Positions 63,209 through 64,000 of a DNA stretch of 64,000 nucleotides are shown here, one piece after another. The DNA is from a virus (taxonomy: Duplodnaviria; Caudoviricetes). The position numbers were made by a program, and so were the translations under genes. The stretch's first letter is position 1. Each line of letters starts with the position of its first letter. Where the stretch lies: IMG/VR virus record IMGVR_UViG_3300008262_000013. The stretch is one strand, 5' to 3'. Under the pieces are notes generated by a model. That model did not search any database. It had not been told where the DNA came from and saw only the letters and a list, made by a program, of their open reading frames with translations.

Positions 63209-63975
63209 ACTTTAAAGATTATTTAACGTGGTATAGGGATGTTGTAGATAAAGAAGTGGAAGGATGGTTTTATCCAATTGATATAATTATTCTATACGGA
63301 CTATTGAAAGAAACGCTAGATAAAGTAAAGGGAGATATTTGTGAAATAGGAGTTGCTTTTGGTAAAAGTGCCATAGCTTTATCTAATTTCAAAAGAAGCT
63401 CAGATACGCTCTATCTATATGATATTTTCCCAAATGAAATTTTTGAAAAGGCAAAATATAATATAAACAAATTTGGAAGTGATGAAAAGTTGGTTTGGGT
63501 AATACAAGACACTACCCAAATGAAAGAAGCCGCATTTCATACTCCTTTAAGATTATTGCACATTGATGGTTGTCACGAGCACTCGGCAGTATTAAATGAT
63601 TTGCAATTGTTTAGTCCTTATATGCATGATGCTGGAATAATAGTGCTTGACGATTTCAATGATTACGAGTATCCTGGTGTGAACAGTGCTGCCATAGAAT
63701 TTAGTTTGGCAAAATATAATCATAAAAATTGGAGAGTATTTGCAATAGGTGATAATAAAGCATATATGTGCCAAAAGAAATATGTACAAATGTATCAAAT
63801 TAGTTTAGCTGGATTTATGAAAAATGCCTCGCAATCAATGAATGTTCCTTTTCCACTTCCTTTAGGATTAAGAGAAATGTTGGACATTAATGTTTTAATG
63901 TGTGATTCAAGAGATGATTGGGGAGATTTAAATAATATAGCTCAAAAATTATTTGATAAACCGAAGATAGGATAA
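63205..63975 (+). CDS. Class I SAM-dependent methyltransferase (Methyltransf_24-like)
   Basis: ICEIGVAFGKS, YLYDIF, LLHIDGCHE and IIVLDDF motifs. Confidence 0.85.
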   Translation: MNFKDYLTWYRDVVDKEVEGWFYPIDIIILYGLLKETLDKVKGDICEIGVAFGKSAIALSNFKRSSDTLYLYDIFPNEIFEKAKYNINKFGSDEKLVWVIQDTTQMKEAAFHTPLRLLHIDGCHEHSAVLNDLQLFSPYMHDAGIIVLDDFNDYEYPGVNSAAIEFSLAKYNHKNWRVFAIGDNKAYMCQKKYVQMYQISLAGFMKNASQSMNVPFPLPLGLREMLDINVLMCDSRDDWGDLNNIAQKLFDKPKIG

Positions 63976-63978
63976 AAT

Positions 63979-64000
63979 ATGAGTGAAGTGCTAACAATTA
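63979..64000 (+). CDS. Start of next gene (3'-truncated by window edge)
   Basis: ATG 63979 (MSEVLTI...) 3 nt after the methyltransferase stop; too short to identify. Confidence 0.4.

Noticed and set aside
1-64000. Stop-codon reassignment or tRNA genes
   Set aside because: Core genes translate full-length in the standard code with all three stops used at gene ends; intergenic gaps are too short, and no cloverleaf was noticed.

Overview
The window is a fragment of a large T4-superfamily (myovirus) phage genome, almost entirely on the + strand. From about 39 to 63.2 kb lies the conserved T4-like core in near-canonical order: gp13, gp14, gp15, gp16, gp17, gp18, gp19, gp20, prohead core genes, gp21, gp22, gp23, gp3, uvsY, uvsW, gp55, gp47, gp46. 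It carries (T)ATAAATA late promoters, a consensus sigma70 promoter, two intrinsic terminators, and inserted dps and SAM-methyltransferase genes. From 22.2 to 39 kb are virion genes, including two very large fibre proteins (1756 and 3128 aa) built from heptad-multiple Ala/Asn repeats and repeated globular modules. The first 22.2 kb is the most unusual part: a tightly packed, AT-rich biosynthetic island. It encodes 8 radical SAM enzymes (7 with intact CxxxCxxC, 1 truncated by the window edge), 2 U32-like Fe-S proteins, 2 flavin-dependent halogenase-like proteins, a 2OG-Fe(II) oxygenase, a split transketolase, 3 NAD-dependent epimerase/SDRs, glycosyltransferases, 2 deacetylases, a sulfotransferase-like protein and an ErpA/IscA Fe-S carrier. 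Inside it is a 202-aa protein ending in four CTCNCNY heptapeptide repeats, a strong candidate substrate for a phage-encoded RiPP-like or virion-decoration pathway. Family assignments come from motif recognition by eye, with no database search; substrates and products are inference.
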